Of a stretch of DNA of 64,000 nt, positions 50,038 to 61,732 are shown piece after piece. The DNA comes from Azolla caroliniana (Eukaryota > Plantae > Polypodiophyta), in assembly GCA_043228905.1 (NCBI GenBank), contig JBHGNT010000003.1, forward strand, positions 10,230,001 through 10,294,000, read 5' to 3'. Each line of letters opens with the position of its first letter. Within the stretch, counting starts at the first letter, position 1. A program made the position numbers and the translations under genes. Below the pieces are notes generated by a model. That model saw only the letters and a program-made list of their open reading frames with translations. It searched no databases and was not told the origin of the DNA.

Positions 50038-50400
50038 CGTGCGCTCTCGTAGAGCTCCAAGCTCTGTATCCGACCCAAGGCCGGTCCTGTATCTTATTTC
50101 TCTGTTTATTGATTATTGGTTTTATTGTATCTGCTCTCTCTGTGTCTATTGTTTCACTCTCTCTATATTGCATCGTTATTCGTATATTGTTCTATGGTGT
50201 CTAGGAGCACGTTGTTTCTCTCTCTCTTCGGTCTATAGTGTTGGATCGGATATGGTTCTCAGAGCCCGTGCACTTGGTATCCGGCCTCCGGTGACCAGGT
50301 CAGACAGCCCACTGTAAGCTTAGCAGTCTCTCTCTCCCTCCTTCGACTCCCTAGTCCCAGACCCCCGTGGTCTCACCCCATCCGCGACACCGTGGAACTC
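49846..50400 (+). mobile_element. LTR-like fragment with a (GT)n tract and degenerate PBS
   Basis: TGGTTCTCAGAGCC at 50253-50266 after CT/T-rich U5-like sequence; boundaries uncertain. Confidence 0.5.
49963..50044. repeat. (GT)~33 followed by (GC)n microsatellite
   Basis: Directly visible. Confidence 0.98.
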
Positions 50401-51604
50401 TTTCTTAAAATTTTCATTCATCATGAAGTCATCCAGTAGATATCATATTCAATCTAACATCAAGAATATTGCATACATCTTTCCACATCATCCTGCAACC
50501 AATTGATGTCAGCAAACAAACATTTCCAATGCCAACAATCCTACATGATCTATCATTCCCCATCTTTACATGGCCATATTCACCAGGTGTATAAGATTAG
50601 AAGCATTCTCTCTTGGGAATCAAGTGAAAAGATGCACCGGAGTCAACAACCCAAGTATACTCATCACTAGCAAGGTTCACACAAGCTTGTTCACTTATGA
50701 ACAGCAAGCAACTCCTGCTCACTAGTAGCAATGGCTGAGGTATTTTTCTCCTTTGTAATTTTCTTTTGCTTTGTACTACCGTCATTTCATTTTTCCCTCT
50801 TGAAATGTCGATAGTTCTTATGGAAATGCGTTGGTTTCCCCCAATAGAAACACGTGACTTTACCCCTAGACTTTGACCTCCCTTTGGACTTGTCACGGTT
50901 CTAAGAACCCCTTTGCTTACTCCTTCCTCTATTGGGATCTTGTGTCACATTTGCCTCTGATCAGACGAGGTATCCATTTCTTTTCTTCTCATCTATTCAT
51001 TTAGAAGACTTTCCTTTATAGCCTCTAGGGACAACTTGTCTTCTTGACAAGCGTTACTCAATGACACAACGTGAGTTTCCCAATTGTCCAGTAGGGAAGA
51101 AAGTACCAACAAAGCCTACAACTCATCATCTAGTGGCATCTTGGCTGAGGCTAGTTGGTTCACTAAACCCATGAATGTATTGATGTGAACTACAATGCTC
51201 TCACCATCTGTGTACTTCTGCCTCGCCGGTGTCGTGAAGATCCGTCACTACGCGCGGATCGTGAGGTGGAACCGCCGGGGTTTTGGACCAGAAGGATTTA
51301 GAGTCGATACAAGCTTTGGCGAGAAAGTACTTAAGATAGATTGGGAAAGAGAGAAGTTGAGATTACACGATCAATTTGATAACGAATTTCTTCCTCTTAA
51401 TTTTCATACAAAAAAAACCGTGTCTTTTCTCCTCCCCCTTCCCTCTTTTATAGATGCTCTCATGCATATGATGCATGTGAGGGTACAAGACATGCATAAA
51501 TTGCATGTTTGCCATTTGGCGCTTATGTATTACATGTGGTGCATGATAACCATGTATGAGAATTTACATGTAAAAGTACAATGATAGAAATATAATTTCA
51601 ACTA

Positions 51605-51677
51605 AATAGCATGGCTTAATGGTAAGCCAATTGACTCCTAACTTGGAGGTGCAAGGTTTGAATCCTTTCTTGCCCTC
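51605..51677 (+). ncRNA. tRNA-like cassette in the P1 3' LTR (B-box mutated to GGTTTGAATCC)
   Basis: A-box TGGCTTAATGG, D-stem GCTT/AAGC, loop CTCCTAA, T-arm AAGG/CCTT. Confidence 0.7.
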
Positions 51678-52255
51678 CTTGTATATGTAAATATGTATAT
51701 ATATTTATATATTTATTTATCTAGTCGCCGGATACCGGTGCCGCCGCCGGTTACCGTTGCCTCGCCGGATACCGGTCACCGGCTCCATCGCCGGTCCGGT
51801 TTTGGTTGGCCAAAACCCTTTACGAGTAGCTAGCCCACCTCCACTCTTAGTTCAAGTTACCTTGAACTCTCTATGCTCCACACATAGACACAAAGATAAT
51901 ATCTTTTGCTCCACCTTATATATGATGAGAGTTGTATTTGTCGTGCCTATGTGGGATATCTCACAATTTTCTCCTTTCCTTTTACAAACTTTATACCCTC
52001 ATATCTTGACATTTAGTTGTCCGTTTCTCGTGTAATAAAGTGCATTCGAAACCTCCATCATTTTGTACTTAGATATTAAATCTATTTAAAATGTTATCTT
52101 CACAATTATTGTACTACGTGATTCATACTCGATTTCGTACGTTTTATGGGATTTTCACACTATTGCCGAAAATCTTCAAGACATCCACCCCCACCAAACC
52201 GCACGTCCTCCGGTACGTGCCAAGAAGAGAAGAAGTGAGATTTCGGCTACGATGA

Positions 52256-55200
52256 TCAATTAGATTCCTCGATGTCTTCATTTTCATCAGGCCTATTATG
52301 TTCATCGTCGAGGTAATCGAGGTCAGGATCCTTGTCTTGTCTTTTCTTGAAAATCTTTACTCTTTTTCCCGCAATGGGTACGGCCAACCTTGATCCGTCT
52401 AGTTCCGCAAGGTGGTATGTGGCATTATCGTTGGCACTTGTCACCACATACGGCCTGAACCATCTTCTTGCGAACTTCCTTGTTGTACTGTGTTGATTGT
52501 CAAGGGTGCTATCGTAAACCAAAACCCAATCCCCTTCTTCAATCTTCTTGGGACGAAGTCGATGCGTGTTGTCGAACCGAACTTTGTTCTTTACTCGGGT
52601 TGCCTTCATCATCTTTCGCGCTTTTTCTAAATCTTCAAGTCTTCTTTCAAGTTGCCTTATCCGCGCCGCTAATAACTCTTCTCGGCTCATCTCGTTCTCC
52701 CACGGTATCGCTACCCATGAGGCGATCGTCCTTTCGATGGGCATAATCGGCTTTTGTCCATACATAAGCTCCGTCGGCATATACCCTGTCACCGAGCTAT
52801 GTGTCGTTCTATCGGCCCACAAGGCATAGGGTAATAGTCGTGGCCAATTCCCGACTCGACCGTTGCATGCCCGTACGATGGCTTTAACGATAGGTCCATG
52901 CCCTCGCTCGATCTTCCCATTTGCTTCCGGATTGTAGGCAGTCGTGAGGGAGAGCTTAACGCCTAGTCTTTCGAAGAGCTCCGTCGCTTCGTGCGCGTCC
53001 AACTCCCCTCGGTCGGCCACTATCTTCCCTACACATCCATATCGGCAAACAACATCTTCAAGTAAAAATTTACAAACGGCTGAAGTCGTCTTATTTTTCA
53101 AGGCTCGTCCTTCCACTTGATTTGTCAAGTCTTCCCTTGCCAGCGCTAAGTACTTCATTTGTCCCACTCCCATTGGCATCGAGACCAGATCCACCATCCA
53201 TTTGAAGTGAATGGTGAGTGGGTATGTCGGCTTTAACTCATCACGATGACGTATATTTGAATATATTTGGCAAGTTTCACATGTGGACACGAAATGGAGT
53301 ACATCTTTGTACATGCTTGGCCACCAGTACTTCTCCTTCAATTTTTCGAACGTCGCCCATGTTCCTCTATGACCTGCCCAAGCACTCTCGTGGAATTCGG
53401 TCATCAGCGTCTCTTTCTCTTCTTTCTTTACCACCACTCGACGTGGTATTCCTGTCCTTCTTTTTGGATGTCGCCAAAGGAATCCTCCCTTCAAGAAGTA
53501 TCGGTAAGCTTTCTTTCGGATTCGTAGGGCCTCCTCCTTTGTCAACGAAGCATCTGTCGTCAATGTTCTTAGGAATCTCCCGATGAGTAACCATTCTCCT
53601 TCGTACTCGTTCTCGTTGAAGGCGTGGAGGGTTTGCGTGTCCTGGTCTTCCGCCGACAATCGAGCCATCTTGAAGAAGTCGAGGGCGACATCTTCATCTT
53701 CCGAAACCATGTTACTTCCATTTGAAAATCTTGCCCTCGACAGCATGTCAGCCATGGCGTTCTTCTTCCCTGCGATGTGACGGATCTCTGGGTTTAAAGA
53801 CTTGATGTAGGCGATCCACCTTAGCATAGCAAGATCTGGGGTCGCACATCCCGAGACCATTCCGAGAATTGGGAGACAATCTGTCTCTATTATCACTTCT
53901 GACCCGATCAGGTAATCTTTGTCTGTCTTCACTGCCGACACAATACCCCAAAGTTCCCGCTTGACTTGGGCATATCTTTGTTGCCGTTCGCTGAGAACCT
54001 TTGCTCCGAACCGGACGGCATATCGCGCATTATCTTCACCTTCTTGGTTGATGACCCACCCGATTCCGGTTGGACTCGTATCTACGGTCACGTAAATTGG
54101 TTTCCCTTCGGCATAGTCGGCCTTCCTTAGTGCCGGAGCTTCAAGAAGCAGTTTCTTTAATCTTCGCATCGCCTCTGTGTGCTCGTCTCGCCATTCAAAC
54201 TTTATTCTTTTCTTTAGTAGTCCATATAACGGTTCGGCGACATGAGCGTAGTGAGGAATCCATATATGATAAAACGCGCACGCTCCAAGGAACCTTCGAA
54301 CCTCCGTTTGGTTTTTGCATTCTTCTTTCATGTCTTGGATTGCGTTCACTTTGGATGGCGAGGGCTTCCGGCCGTATGCTCCACACAAGTGACCTACCAC
54401 CAAGATCTCCGGTTGCCCGAATGCGGATTTTTCTCCCGAAAATGTCAAATTCGCATCTTCGAGCCTTTGAAGCACCTTCTCGCAATCTTTCATATGATCC
54501 GCAACGAACTTTCTACAACCTTCCTTATCTTTCGATTCATGTTTCTCCTCATCCGAACATCCTTTTATCGGAATATCATCCAAGAATGGCATCGTGATGT
54601 TCGGAATGCAATCCTTCAAGACTTTATTCATGGCATTCACCATATGAGCCACCGAGTTCGTTGCGCCTTGGGGTAAGGTACACATCCGCACAAGCCCGAT
54701 CGGAGTCCTCATGGTTGTAATGTCCCGACTGTCGATCGCCAATTGGAATTGGTCATATCCGGAGTAGAGATCGCCAATGGAGTAGATGGACCAGCCCGCA
54801 AATGCTTCGGCAAATTCGTCCACGATCGGACCGATTCCGGCATTTCGAATTGTCACCTTGTTGACGGGTTGAAGATCTTGGATGAATCGCAATGATCCAT
54901 TCTTCTTCGGCACCGTGAACCACCTATTGGAATAAGGAGCATTCGACGGTTCTAGAATTCCCATACTCACCTTCTCCTTTAAAAGCTCGATCAGCTTCGG
55001 AAGGTGTGCTCTCGGAACCGGTATCGGTTTCAAGTTCCAAGGCACATGAGGCACCGTGAAGATCACCATCGGCTCTATAACCTTTGGGTCGGCGCATCCG
55101 ATTTCTCGTGGGAAGAATGCGAAAGCCTTCCCATGTCTCTCAAGCATATCGCGAAACATTCGGTCCTCTTCAGGGAGAAGGAAATTCTCCTTTCCAACTC

Positions 55201-55750
55201 GTAGCTTCCCCTTCGTCTCTTTGGTGAAGACATGACCTATCTTCTTCGGATCTCTTAAGCTTGGATCGTTAGCGACTTCCTTCATCTTTTGCCAGCTATC
55301 TTCCGGTAGCGGAACCGCAACTGGCTTGATCTTCTTATCCATCGTTTTATATTTCGTGTTGATGTCAGCTTCCTTCATCGAGATGCCACGACGATATTCA
55401 GCGATGATAGCGTACATGTTGACAGAGTTAACCGAAATCACGCATTGGTTGTGAAGATAGCTCAAGTCCACGACGTCCTCGATTTCGCCGATGGTGTCGT
55501 TAAATGAGGCTTCTTCCATAATATGAGTCACAAACTCCCCTTCTTCTATTATGTTCTCTTCTTTCAACATCTTCTCGAATTCTTGTATCCGGTGCTTGTG
55601 CTTCTTGTCGGGTAGTACTAGTTTACATGCGCCACTAGGTGTGACACATGTTGCTTCTCCTTGCAATCCACGCACTCTTCTTTCTTGTGGGGTCTTGTGA
55701 TTGCTCGGACTATTTGTGCGCCATGCTTCAATAGTCCGCTCTAAAAATCC
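52256..55750 (-). CDS. P1 Pol (RT-RNase H-integrase), open frame entered by predicted -1 frameshift
   Basis: 1139+ aa ORF: DLYSGYDQ, LPQGATNS, PFLDDIPIK, VDTSPTGIG, HESAWAGH...CETC, YNPEANGKIER; frame is open back to the slippery site. Confidence 0.93.
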   Translation of the reverse strand, partial: GFLERTIEAWRTNSPSNHKTPQERRVRGLQGEATCVTPSGACKLVLPDKKHKHRIQEFEKMLKEENIIEEGEFVTHIMEEASFNDTIGEIEDVVDLSYLHNQCVISVNSVNMYAIIAEYRRGISMKEADINTKYKTMDKKIKPVAVPLPEDSWQKMKEVANDPSLRDPKKIGHVFTKETKGKLRVGKENFLLPEEDRMFRDMLERHGKAFAFFPREIGCADPKVIEPMVIFTVPHVPWNLKPIPVPRAHLPKLIELLKEKVSMGILEPSNAPYSNRWFTVPKKNGSLRFIQDLQPVNKVTIRNAGIGPIVDEFAEAFAGWSIYSIGDLYSGYDQFQLAIDSRDITTMRTPIGLVRMCTLPQGATNSVAHMVNAMNKVLKDCIPNITMPFLDDIPIKGCSDEEKHESKDKEGCRKFVADHMKDCEKVLQRLEDANLTFSGEKSAFGQPEILVVGHLCGAYGRKPSPSKVNAIQDMKEECKNQTEVRRFLGACAFYHIWIPHYAHVAEPLYGLLKKRIKFEWRDEHTEAMRRLKKLLLEAPALRKADYAEGKPIYVTVDTSPTGIGWVINQEGEDNARYAVRFGAKVLSERQQRYAQVKRELWGIVSAVKTDKDYLIGSEVIIETDCLPILGMVSGCATPDLAMLRWIAYIKSLNPEIRHIAGKKNAMADMLSRARFSNGSNMVSEDEDVALDFFKMARLSAEDQDTQTLHAFNENEYEGEWLLIGRFLRTLTTDASLTKEEALRIRKKAYRYFLKGGFLWRHPKRRTGIPRRVVVKKEEKETLMTEFHESAWAGHRGTWATFEKLKEKYWWPSMYKDVLHFVSTCETCQIYSNIRHRDELKPTYPLTIHFKWMVDLVSMPMGVGQMKYLALAREDLTNQVEGRALKNKTTSAVCKFLLEDVVCRYGCVGKIVADRGELDAHEATELFERLGVKLSLTTAYNPEANGKIERGHGPIVKAIVRACNGRVGNWPRLLPYALWADRTTHSSVTGYMPTELMYGQKPIMPIERTIASWVAIPWENEMSREELLAARIRQLERRLEDLEKARKMMKATRVKNKVRFDNTHRLRPKKIEEGDWVLVYDSTLDNQHSTTRKFARRWFRPYVVTSANDNATYHLAELDGSRLAVPIAGKRVKIFKKRQDKDPDLDYLDDEHNRPDENEDIEESN
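55706..55750 (-). promoter_or_regulatory. Programmed -1 ribosomal frameshift signal: G_GAU_UUU heptamer, UAG, 9-bp stem-loop
   Basis: Heptamer 55750-55744; 5-nt spacer; CGGACTATT (55738-55730) pairs with AATAGTCCG (55714-55706); pol is in the -1 frame. Confidence 0.8.
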
Positions 55751-57939
55751 GAGGATTCGCCTCCGAGACTATCTCGATTCCTTTCATGATTGGCTCGCAC
55801 CGTTAGGAATTGGACCGATCTTTGGTTGTCAAGACTCTTTATTCGTGCGAAGGCTGCTCCATTATCAAACACTTTGGTCTCCATCCAAGATGATGTGATA
55901 TAAGGTTGCCCTAGGATGACAGGATGCGACGCCGATTCTTGTACGAAGAAGTGTTGATCCATCTCCACATCCCCGATCGTGACTTTGACATTGGGACAAG
56001 CTCCGTACAAGTCCTCCGTAGACTTTGTTGCCGCACGAATCTTCCATCCATGGTTTGTATTGATTGGCCATCTTCCCTTTTTGTAGAAGTCGGTTGACAT
56101 GAGGTTGATCTCCGAGCCGTGGTCGATCAAGGCTACGACAGTCTCTTTCTTCTCCCCGATCTTCACCGGCATCTCCGTTGTCGCTCGTGCCCAATGAGGT
56201 CAAGTGTAGTGGCTGTCCACCATATCTTCATCGATTTCGTCTCTTGCCATCGTTATGGCATTCGTTTTTGCTTTTTGCGGCTTCTCTTCTTCCTCGTCCG
56301 ATTGTTGTCTCTTTCTCTTTACAAGGTCCACGATCGTGTCATGGAACTCCTTCTTCGTAATGCCAAGCAATTCCCTCAAGGACAAAGTTACGTGGCTATC
56401 AAGAACTCGTTCTTCGAGAATCTTCTTTAGGTCCGTCGTCTGCTCTATGTCCGACCTTAGCTTATAGGTAGGTATGGTCCTTGTCCTCCGAGCGGGGTCT
56501 TCGACACCAACCTTCACGGACCGAACCGTTTCTTCAACTCGTATGCTCGGCTCCCCTTTTCGGCTTGATTCTCGTTCCTCCGTTTGTAAAGGTCGACTCG
56601 TCTCCGCATCGTCCTTCTTTTTCGCGTTCCTTGTTTCATGTCTTTTTTATGGCCCTTGCTCTTCTATTCTCTTTCTCTTTTCTTCGACGAACACCTCGTG
56701 GTTGTCGCACATCACCTCTGCGAGTATGGTGTTGTCGTCCACCGGATCCGACCACCCGGTTATGCTTTGCACGCTTCGGTCCGCAAGCTCTACCTCGTTC
56801 GATGTGATTTTTCCCTTCTTCTCATATTCGAGAACGGAAGTCCAAAACTTTGCTCCCGCTCTAGCAGCTTCAGTCTTGTCTTTCCCGACTCTTATTCCGG
56901 CCGACGCAGCATAGTGCATCGCATCCACATGAGTCGCATCGGCATCCTCCATAGATCTCTTCATTCCTCCTCTTCCGAAATTCACCCGTAGGGGTCTTCT
57001 CGTCTCGCTTGAGCAGATCATGTTGTCCTCTATGTATACGATATTTTGTCGAATCGCCTCTCGAAGGCTCGCACAATCCCTTCTCATGTGGTCCATGCTA
57101 TCGCACCACACGCATCTAAAGGGTTCTTTTCCTTTAGGGCCCCAACGATTCATGTTGGCTAGCGTGACCTTCTCGAACTTCTTCGCTAGCTCTTCAATGA
57201 TGTCATCATCAATCTTCTTTTCTTCCACGTTACTTTGTCTTGGGGGCTCAGCTACTTTCGGCGGTCTTGCTTTCTCCGTGGTAGTCGATCCCGTCAAGTC
57301 GGTGTCATCAACCCATTGGCGACGCTTGTCGAGCCTATTGCATGCCCGCTTCACCGCGATCCAGTCCGCTACGAGCCCATTTGCTTGGGTATCATCTTCG
57401 AGAAGAGTCCCCAACTCTCGTCTATCCTTTATGTCCACGGCCTTCAAGAAGTACAAAGTCTTGTCCTCTTCAAGCAACACTTGGTCCGTATTGGGGAGAC
57501 GACTAAACATCTGGTCGAATTCGTCGTACACCCTCGAGACGCTCATCTTCTTATTCTTCTTCTCTATCCACTTCATCAGGGCATGTCGAGTCATCCTCGT
57601 TGAGTCTTCAGTCACGAACTCCGCTAGTATCGTTTTCTCGAACTCGGTCCATGTTGTCTTACCTTCTTGAAGCTCGAGGACGCGTCTTTGGATGTTGTTG
57701 GCGACAACTCTCTTGAAGCTTGCGATTTGACGTGCCTCGGACACGTCCCTCTAATTCATCTCCCTTCTATATGCATCAAGGAACTTCGTAACGTTCCTTC
57801 CATCGAATTGGCCCACGAGCTCTACGACACGATCGACAACCTTCTCCACGCTCGCGTCGTTGTCCCGAGATCTCATCATTTGCTCGACGATTAGCATCAT
57901 CCTTTCGAGATCTCCTGCTTGGTTGCTTGAGGACGCCAT
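55741..57939 (-). pseudogene. P1 Gag-protease single frame with three premature stops (57751, 56647, 56200)
   Basis: Four collinear same-frame ORFs; FDGRNVTKFL, knuckle CVWCDSMDHMRRDC, protease ALIDHGSEIN...VILGQPY. Confidence 0.9.
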
Positions 57940-57980
57940 CTCCAAGTATTAATCTCGACTTGATCCTTCCTACCGCCTCT

Positions 57981-57998
57981 TTCACGTCGGGTTCACCA
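57981..57998 (-). promoter_or_regulatory. Primer-binding site for tRNA-Trp
   Basis: + strand TTCACGTCGGGTTCACCA matches the 3' 18 nt of plant cytosolic tRNA-Trp as I recall it; 8 nt from the LTR. Confidence 0.85.
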
Positions 57999-58381
57999 CT
58001 TTATTATGTCGTGAAGATCCGTCACTACGCGCGGATCGTGAGGCGGAACCGCCGGGGTTCTGGACCAGAAGGATTTAGAGTCGATACAAGCTTTGGCGAG
58101 AAAGTACTTAAGATAGATTGGGAAAGAGAGAAGTTGAGATTACACGATCAATTTGATAACGAATTTCTTCCTCTTAATTTTCATACAAAAAAAACCGTGT
58201 CTTTTCTCCTCCCCCTTCCCTCTTTTATAGATGCTCTCATGAATATGATGCATGTGAGGGTACAAGACATGCATAAATTGCATGTTTGCCATTTGGCGCT
58301 TATGTATTACATGTGGTGCATGATAACCATGTATGAGAATTTACATGTAAAAGTACAATGAAAGAAATATAATTTCAACTA

Positions 58382-58454
58382 AATAGCATGGCTTAATGGT
58401 AAGCCAATTGACTCCTAACTTGGAGGTGCAAGGTTCGAATCCTTTCTTGCCCTC
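58382..58454 (+). ncRNA. tRNA-like cassette in the P1 5' LTR with intact A and B boxes
   Basis: TGGCTTAATGGTAAGC...CTCCTAA...AGGTGCAAGGTTCGAATCCTT; Arg(CCT)-like loop; weak acceptor and anticodon stems. Confidence 0.75.
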
Positions 58455-59557
58455 CTTGTATATGTAAATATGTATATATATTTATATATTTATTTATCTA
58501 GTCGCCGGACGCCGGTTCGCTGGATACCGTCACCGGATACCGGTGCCGTCGCCGGCTGCCGGTGCCTCGCTGGATGCCGTCGGTTACCGGTGCCGAATGC
58601 CGTCGGATCACCGGCTCCATCGCCGGTCCGGTTTTGGTTGGCCATAACCCTTTACGAGTAGCTAGCCCACCTCCACTCTTAGTTCAAGTTACCTTGAACT
58701 CTCTATGCTCCACACATAGACACAAAGATAATATCTTTTGCTCCACCTTATATATGATGAGAGCTGTATTTGTCGTGCCTATGTGGGATATCTCACAATT
58801 TTCTCCTTTCCTTTTACAAACTTTATACCCTCATATCTTGACATTTAGTTGTCTGTTTCTCGTGTAATAAAGTGCATTCGAAACCTCCATCATTTTGTAC
58901 TTAGATATTAAATCTATTTAAAATGTTATCTTCACAATTATTGTACTACGTGATTCATACTCGATTTCGTACGTTTTATGGGATTTTCACACTATTGCCG
59001 AAAATCTTCACGACACCAGTTTTCTCATTAGTAATGCATTGTTAAGGGCATTCTTCCTCTCATACATGCCTGCAAGCTTATGCCACAACTCATAGCAATT
59101 TGTGTCATTTGCCAAATGTTGGAGTATGCACACATCTACAAATTGTCTTATGGTTGCTACAACCTTTCTATGAAGGATTCTCCACTTGGATTCAACTACC
59201 CCAATCAACTCTTCCCTCCTATAAATCGGCTCATACAAATCCCTCACTATTAGGAGATTCTCCATCTTCATTTTCTAATCAGAATAGTTGTTGGAGTCCA
59301 ATAGAATCATTCCCAAAAAGCCATTCATCTTCCCCTCCATCTGAACCTATGGCTCTAATACCAGTTTGATATGATTAGGGTCGGAAATGGCCAAACACTC
59401 ACGCTACTACTGACCACTAACAACAAGGAAATAATAACAAAATGCAAAATAGGGACACGCAATATTTTACGTGGAAAACCCTAAGTCGGGAAAAACCAAA
59501 TGACCCTCTCAGAACCAAAATTTCACTATACTTCAGAGTGACAAAAATAGCCTCCTT

Positions 59558-61732
59558 TGTTGAGCGGGCAAGCTCAACCAGATCCAGATCGGCTGAATAA
59601 GCAAGAGTCGGATCAATATCTGGAACGGAGAACTGGATAGGTATCCGGAACCAAGAACCGAATCGGAGAGATGGATCGGATTGTAACCAGTAGGCCTTTA
59701 GAGGTCTACAATCTTAGCCTAGTATGTAGGCAGATTCCTTGGAATTAGTGTCAATCGCTCATATAAGCATTGAAGTACTTGTCAGTTCTTTTACGGACTT
59801 ATATAAAAAGTGTTTTGTAGGACATTTGTATGTAAAGAGTGTTATTATTTTGAATTGAGTTTATGTTATTCTACTCTCTCTGTCTCTCCCTCGTACTATG
59901 TATTCTCAACCTTCCATTAAACCTTTAATTTCTATTTTACTGTTGTTATCTGATTGAGCCAATTTATCTAAGCTTTCGCATATTAACTTTTACATGGTAT
60001 CAGAGCACGAGGGTTGAGAACCTCTGCTGCTAACAATTGCTTGAAACAGACAAACCCTAATCACCGCTAAAGAACAAAAGAAAGAAGGAAGATATGGGCA
60101 AAAGTATGGTGAGCTCGTTTCCTATAGAAAAGCTCGATCGGAGCAACTATGCATCCTGGTCATATAAAATGCACCAGTACCTATTGGGGCACAAATATTG
60201 GAGCTACATGGAAGGAGCAAATGTAGCATCACCGGGTTCGGCACACAAGGACTTCCTAGCATGGGAGCAAGGAGCAAGGAGTGAGCTGAGTGTTGTATTG
60301 CCTCGTGTCTTGTGTGCACGACCAAATGCTCGGCTACATTAGGGATGCAAAAATGCCAAAAGAGGCCTAGGAAAACCTCCGAAAGATTTTCGCCGCAAGT
60401 ACCATGACTCTGAAGTTGTAGCTCCGACAAGAGCTCAATAGCATCCAGCAACGAGACATGTCGTTCATCGACTACACCACCAAGATAAAGGAGATCCGTG
60501 ATGCGCTTGGTTCCATTAATGTGACAGTGGACAAAGACGAGATGGTCCAGATCTGCCTCAATGGTCTAGCACAACGGTACGAGCCAATCTGAAAAGACAA
60601 TTTGCACCCGGGAGAAACCATTGTCCTTCTTCGACCTGCAATCGATGGTGATGGTCAAAGAAAACCACGCGACCGGGTCGAGGACCACTCAATCGGACAG
60701 TCGGATGTTATACACGGAGGCGGATCGGCCCCGTGGATGTGGAGGACAAGGTGGGTTTGCATGCAATAGCGACGGCCGGCAAGAGCAGAATTGGAGGCAC
60801 GGAGATAGTGCAGACAATAGTTCTGAACCCTCCACAAGCAAGGGGGAGTCAAGGCGGCATCGGAAACCAGTAATCGAAAGCCGACACGGAATGCTAGTAT
60901 TGTGGCAACAAAGGCCACTGGGAGAGCGAGTGCTGGAAGAAGCGCGCCGATACGGATAAATCCAGATCCTGCAAGACCAAACAAGGGAGCAGGCAAAGCT
61001 CACACTACACTGAAGGATCTGAAGGATCCAGGACCGAAAAGACCGGAAAAGGGCCAGCCTTTGTGATGAAGCACAAGGCAAACTCGATGAAGAAGACCAC
61101 TTCCGGATCAGAGGAAGTGTGGTACGTTGACTCTAGAGCCTCTAACCACATGACGAGCCACGAAGAGGGGTTCTGGTTTCTGGAAAAGTCGAAGCAACTG
61201 GGAGTTGTCAAAACCGGAGACGACACTCCTCACCCGATCGTGAATGTCGAAGAAGTTCCCTTGAGTCATGTCGGACAAAAAGGGAAGCTTACAAATGTGC
61301 TTCACATCCCAATAATTACAAAGAACCTAGTGTCAATCGAGTATATCGTCAACCAGGGGATGCAGGTGCGGTTTACACATCTCGGGTGCTTCATTGACGA
61401 AGAGGGTCGGATCATCGTGCAAGGGCGTCGGGATGGGAGAATGTTTATCCACGACACCAATGACGTTGGCACCGCTTTGTTCGCAAAAGGACAGAAAGTC
61501 GAGTCAAATATCGACTTGTGGCATAGGAGGGAAGGACTTGTATAAAAAGTGTTCTATAGGACATTTGTATGTACAGAGTGTTATTATTTTGAATTGAGTT
61601 TATGCTAGTCTCCTCTCTCTGTCTCTCCCTCGTATTGTGTGTTCTCAAGCTTCCATTAAACCTTCATTTCTGTTTTACTGTTGTTATCCGGCTGAGCCGG
61701 TTTATCTAAGCTTCCGCATATTAACTTTTACA
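59558..61732 (+). mobile_element. Copia family A copy A3, internally deleted (IN, RT, RH and start of 3' LTR missing)
   Basis: 5' LTR 59558-59994, PBS 59995-60006, gag/PR 60094-61530, partial 3' LTR to 61732; TSD TCCTT/TCCCT. Confidence 0.9.

Larger units (their letters stand above)
51230..59015 (-). mobile_element. Full-length non-chromoviral Ty3/gypsy element P1 (Phygy-like)
   Basis: LTRs 51230-52183 and 58007-59015 with 12-bp inverted ends TGTCGTGAAGAT/ATCTTCACGACA; 4-bp TSD CCGG/CCAG; PBS tRNA-Trp; PPT GGTGGGGGTGGA. Confidence 0.95.

Noticed and set aside
49812-50317. ORFs with poly(HT)/poly(CV) runs
   Set aside because: Microsatellite translations.
51195-52035. Duplicated ORFs (129 aa and 92 aa, repeated at 57927-58867)
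   Set aside because: Lie in LTRs, start in flanking DNA, no recognisable domain; duplication is explained by LTR identity.
58382-58454. Functional tRNA-Arg(CCT) gene
   Set aside because: Acceptor and anticodon stems pair poorly; treated as tRNA-derived.
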